Source: Longimicrobiales bacterium (GTDB lineage: Bacteria > Gemmatimonadota > Gemmatimonadetes > Longimicrobiales > Gaopeijiaceae). Taken from it: 64,000 nt of DNA. The DNA lies in the NCBI GenBank assembly GCA_965248195.1, contig CBDFIQ010000002.1, positions 2,304,001-2,368,000 of the forward strand, in the 5' to 3' direction. A program made the translations under genes and the position numbers. Shown here piece by piece: positions 60,943-64,000 of this stretch. The stretch's first letter is position 1. Each line of letters begins with the position of its first letter. Under the pieces are notes generated by a model, which did not search any database, had not been told where the DNA came from, and was given only the letters and a program-made list of their open reading frames with translations.

Positions 60943-61617
60943 TCAGCCGGCGGCGAAGCAGTAAAACAAACCGGCGCCTCCGGTGCTGATGAGGTTCTCC
61001 GGTGTGCAGCCCGGCGTGCCGTGGGAGGAGTTCCAAGGTGCGCCCGGCGTGGTAAAGGAGTAACGGTCCGCATGCCCTACCCTGGCGTTTCCCTCGCTGT
61101 TGCTTGTCCAGTTGTTGCAGGTTTGGTCCTGGCCCGCGGCAAACGCGGTGCCATCCATTTGTGAACCGGTGAGTACATCGTGCTCGGAAGAGTCCGGATC
61201 CCCGTCGATGCGTGAGACGAATTGATTGCCGTTCTCGTCCAGCGTGTACTGCCAGTTGAAATTCGAATTGTCGTAGTGGAGGCTTTCCACGCTGGCGGCC
61301 ATGATGAGGCCGTTGACATTCGCCCAGGGTCCGGAACCGATCCGGTCACGAGCATTGACGGCCGTGGCGTCGGCCGTCGCCTGCGTGCTCAGGTAGGCCC
61401 GCCAGGTACGGTTACCGGCCCCAACCGTCTCGGCAAGGCTCTGGCAGTGCGCGTCGGCGCCCTCGAGGCCCCCGAGGTTACCGCCGTTCCCGAGCCCCAC
61501 GCTCGTGATGAAGAAGCCCATGGGCTCGGTCTGCTGCTGCTGTCCCGCAGCGTGGACCGGCAGCGCCAACAGGCCCAAAGCGGTCAGCGAGAGCGCGACG
61601 TTGCGAGTGTAGCCCAT
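60943..61617 (-). CDS. Secreted lectin/endostatin-like (DUF1554-like) protein
   Basis: GNLGGLEGADAHCQSLA, TWRAYLS, ARDRIGSGPW, TCNNWTS, GLFYCFA; start ATG 61617 with SD GGAGG. Confidence 0.85.
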   Translation of the reverse strand: MGYTRNVALSLTALGLLALPVHAAGQQQQTEPMGFFITSVGLGNGGNLGGLEGADAHCQSLAETVGAGNRTWRAYLSTQATADATAVNARDRIGSGPWANVNGLIMAASVESLHYDNSNFNWQYTLDENGNQFVSRIDGDPDSSEHDVLTGSQMDGTAFAAGQDQTCNNWTSNSEGNARVGHADRYSFTTPGAPWNSSHGTPGCTPENLISTGGAGLFYCFAAG

Positions 61618-61964
61618 CGTTCTACCTCCCTCCTCGAGACGAGGCGTTCGGCCAAATCTTTCTTGGCATCTCTTGTACAAGGCGTCCGTCCGTTCGCTGC
61701 CGGGGGCGTCCGCAACGATTACGACTCGGAAGGTCGCGGCGGCACTCGGGGCGCGCTGTTCTAGGGGAACGTAAAGGCGGTCCCCTTCGCTTGCCAGGGG
61801 ACACGAGCCAAAATACGCTGAAGTACTCCAGGAACGCCGGCCATGAGCGTGATGGTGGCTATTAAGAAAAAAAGGGAGGGGCCTCGGGGCGCCAGGAGTC
61901 CCGGGACGGCAGGAAGCCTCAGGACGCAACGAAAGCTTCCGAAAGCCAAAGGGAATTTCGCTTT

Positions 61965-62885
61965 CTACGAGCGCGGGTGCGATCTCCGATATACCTGCCT
62001 CAAACGCTCCTTCGACGTGTGCGTGTACACCTGCGTCGTAGACAGTGACACGTGGCCGAGAAGCTCCTTGACCGCCATGAGGTCCGCGCCCGCGTCGAGA
62101 AGGTGCGTGGCGAAGCTATGGCGTAGAGCGTGCGCGCTCAGCCCCTCGCCCGGGGCCGCATCATCCAGAAATCGTCGGACCACGGTCTGGATGGACCGCC
62201 TCGAGAGCCTTTTCCCCGCCGGATTGAGGAGGAGGGCTTCACGGTCCGGCGCGAGTGAGGCGGCACCAAGTTCGAGGCGGCGAGGCAGGTATCGGGTCAT
62301 CGCCCGCCTGGCCGAGCCGGTGATGGGTACGAGTCGCTCCTTACTTCCTTTGCCGAACACCTTGGCCTGTTCCTGTCCCAGATCGAGGTCCGAGAGGTCG
62401 AGACCGTGAAGCTCCGACAGCCGGAGACCGCTCCCGTACAGGAGCTCGAGGATGAGGAGGTTTCTCGTGCCTCGAAACGTATTCTCCGCGGCACCGGCCT
62501 CGGCCCCAGAGAAGACTGCCTCGATATTTCCTGCAGTCGCGTGTCCGGGAAGACGCTTCTCTATCCTCGGTGACCTCAGCGTTCTCACCGGATCATTCGG
62601 CACACGGTCCTCGAGATGCAGGAACCGGTAAAACGTACGTATGGCCGACAGCTTTCGGGCCACGGTACGACGGGTCAGTCTTTTCCTCCCACACCATCCC
62701 ATGAACGTGCGGAAATCGATCCGTTCCACAGTCCCCCATCCCCATTCTCCCCCCCCGCGGTGGTCGTCGAGAAAAAGCCGCAGATCCTCGAGATCCTTTC
62801 GATAGGACACCAGGGTCCCAGGGGAAAGCCGTCGCTCCGACTCGAGGTGCTTGAGAAAGCGGGAAACTTCGGGGTCCACGTCCAT
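61965..62885 (-). CDS. xerC: Tyrosine recombinase XerC
   Basis: LYGSGLRLSEL, GKGSKER, HALRHSFATHLL, LLGH..LSTTQVYTH; TGATG overlap with trmFO. Confidence 0.93.
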   Translation of the reverse strand: MDVDPEVSRFLKHLESERRLSPGTLVSYRKDLEDLRLFLDDHRGGGEWGWGTVERIDFRTFMGWCGRKRLTRRTVARKLSAIRTFYRFLHLEDRVPNDPVRTLRSPRIEKRLPGHATAGNIEAVFSGAEAGAAENTFRGTRNLLILELLYGSGLRLSELHGLDLSDLDLGQEQAKVFGKGSKERLVPITGSARRAMTRYLPRRLELGAASLAPDREALLLNPAGKRLSRRSIQTVVRRFLDDAAPGEGLSAHALRHSFATHLLDAGADLMAVKELLGHVSLSTTQVYTHTSKERLRQVYRRSHPRS

Positions 62886-64000
62886 CAAGGCAGCGGAGCC
62901 TCGGCGCGGACAGACGCTTCCACCGGCGCCTCCCTCGCGCCTTCGATCCCACTCGCCTGCATCCACGCCCTGAAATCCGTCTCGGCGCGCTCCGCCAGCA
63001 TCTCCCTCTTCCGAACTTTGTCCTTCACGCGTCGGTTGAGCGGGTCAACGAGCCCCCAGTTCGAGTTCATGGGCTGGAAGCGGTCGGCCGCGCTCTCCCT
63101 CAGGTACCGGAACAGCCCGCCCAGCATCGTCGTGGGTGGAGGCACCACCGGCGCCTCTTCCTTCAGCACGCGCCCCAAGTTGATGCCTGCCAGAATCCCA
63201 CTGGCCGCCGACTCGGTGTACCCTTCCACCCCGGTGAGCTGGCCGGCGAAAATCAGGTCCGGCCGGTCCTTGAGCGAACCGTGAGGGGTCAGACAGGCCG
63301 GGAAATTGAGGTAGGCGTTGCGGTGGATGGAGCCCCACCGAAGGAACTCGCATTGCTCGAGGCCGGGAATCAACCGGAAAACACTCTTCTGCTCTCCAAC
63401 GCGCAGCCGCGTCTGGAATCCGACGAGATTCCACATTTGCCCAGCGCGATCCTCCCGCCTGAGCTGCACGACCGCATGGGGCCGCTCCCCGCTCCGCGGG
63501 TCGGTGAGCCCGATGGGCTTCATGGGCCCGAAACGCGGCGTGTCCTTCCCTCTTGACGCCATGACCTCGATCGGGAGGCAGCCCTCGAAATACGGGACCG
63601 CGTCCCAGTCGGGGCCTTCGTGCACGTCCCCCTCGAGGAGAGCCTCGATGAAGGCGATGTATTCCCCGTGGTTCATCGGGCAGTTGAGGTAGTCACTGTC
63701 CTCCTCGAAGCGGCCGGCCTCGAACACCACGCTCTCATCCAGAGAGTCACGATGTACGATCGGCGCGATGGCGTCGTAGAACGCAAGCCCGTCGTTACCC
63801 AGAGCACCCTGGATGGCAGAACTCAGCGCGTCAGACGTCAGCGGGCCTGTCGCCACGACGGCCGGGCCCTCGGGAAGCGCCTCGCTCTCTTCCCGTGCGA
63901 CCTCGATACTGGGGTGAGAAACGATCGCACGGGTCATTGCTGCGGAAAAAAGCTGCCGGTCGACCGCCAACGCCGAACCGGCGGGCACACACGTCTCATC
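62885..64000 (-). CDS. trmFO: tRNA (uracil-5-)-methyltransferase TrmFO (Gid), 5' end outside the window
   Basis: VPAGSALAVDR, ATGPLTS, YFEGCLPIE, FGPMKP, VGFQTRL, AGQLTGVEGY.ES, FQPMN.NWGL. Confidence 0.97.
   Translation of the reverse strand, partial: DETCVPAGSALAVDRQLFSAAMTRAIVSHPSIEVAREESEALPEGPAVVATGPLTSDALSSAIQGALGNDGLAFYDAIAPIVHRDSLDESVVFEAGRFEEDSDYLNCPMNHGEYIAFIEALLEGDVHEGPDWDAVPYFEGCLPIEVMASRGKDTPRFGPMKPIGLTDPRSGERPHAVVQLRREDRAGQMWNLVGFQTRLRVGEQKSVFRLIPGLEQCEFLRWGSIHRNAYLNFPACLTPHGSLKDRPDLIFAGQLTGVEGYTESAASGILAGINLGRVLKEEAPVVPPPTTMLGGLFRYLRESAADRFQPMNSNWGLVDPLNRRVKDKVRKREMLAERAETDFRAWMQASGIEGAREAPVEASVRAEAPLP

Noticed and set aside
41700..61960. Integron-like cassette array or pdif modules driven by the adjacent XerC
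   Set aside because: No recurring attC or dif-like sites or shared spacer sequence were found by eye; genes alternate in orientation; XerC shows no obvious IntI-specific insertion.
61880..61960. c-di-GMP-I riboswitch-like GGACGCAA..GAAA
   Set aside because: It lacks the GGCAAACC...GAAA...GGGACGCAAAGC order and stems, and points at the 3' end of xerC.

Overview
This is a high-GC bacterial chromosome segment, most likely Gemmatimonadota (Longimicrobiales-like). That assignment is an inference from protein style, gene order and a characteristic Ser/Thr kinase fragment. Positions 1-41.7 kb and 62-64 kb are core genes: aroB, PBP1A, ruvX, mltG, thiE, a complete F0F1 atp operon, MoxR, a CBS/CorC protein, a gamma-CA-like protein, prepilin peptidase, TrmH, thiD, a proteostasis cluster (dnaK, degP, tRNA-Leu, tig, clpP, clpX, lon, engB, hslUV), a sigma54 activator, mog, gcvT, xerC and trmFO. 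Two accessory insertions are visible. The first is a ~2.6 kb ICL/PEP-mutase + SLC13 pair bracketed by a 35-bp duplicated piece of thiD. The second is a ~20 kb mosaic (41.8-61.9 kb) that splits the usual trmFO-xerC-hslV-hslU order. It holds an ankyrin/DUF1592 di-heme/DUF1552/ADOP-permease operon, a PAL-like NHL protein, LemA + GIDE-EF-hand, PQQ and Mo oxidoreductases, two frameshifted genes, a kinase scrap and several structured intergenic elements. Non-coding highlights are a 303-bp MITE with 31-bp TIRs in front of lon (plus solo ends elsewhere), sigma54 promoters before dnaK (with paired upstream palindromes) and PBP1A, a Rex-like box before atp, and a multi-stem RNA candidate plus terminator before an SDR gene. 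No database searches were run; all family calls come from motif recognition.
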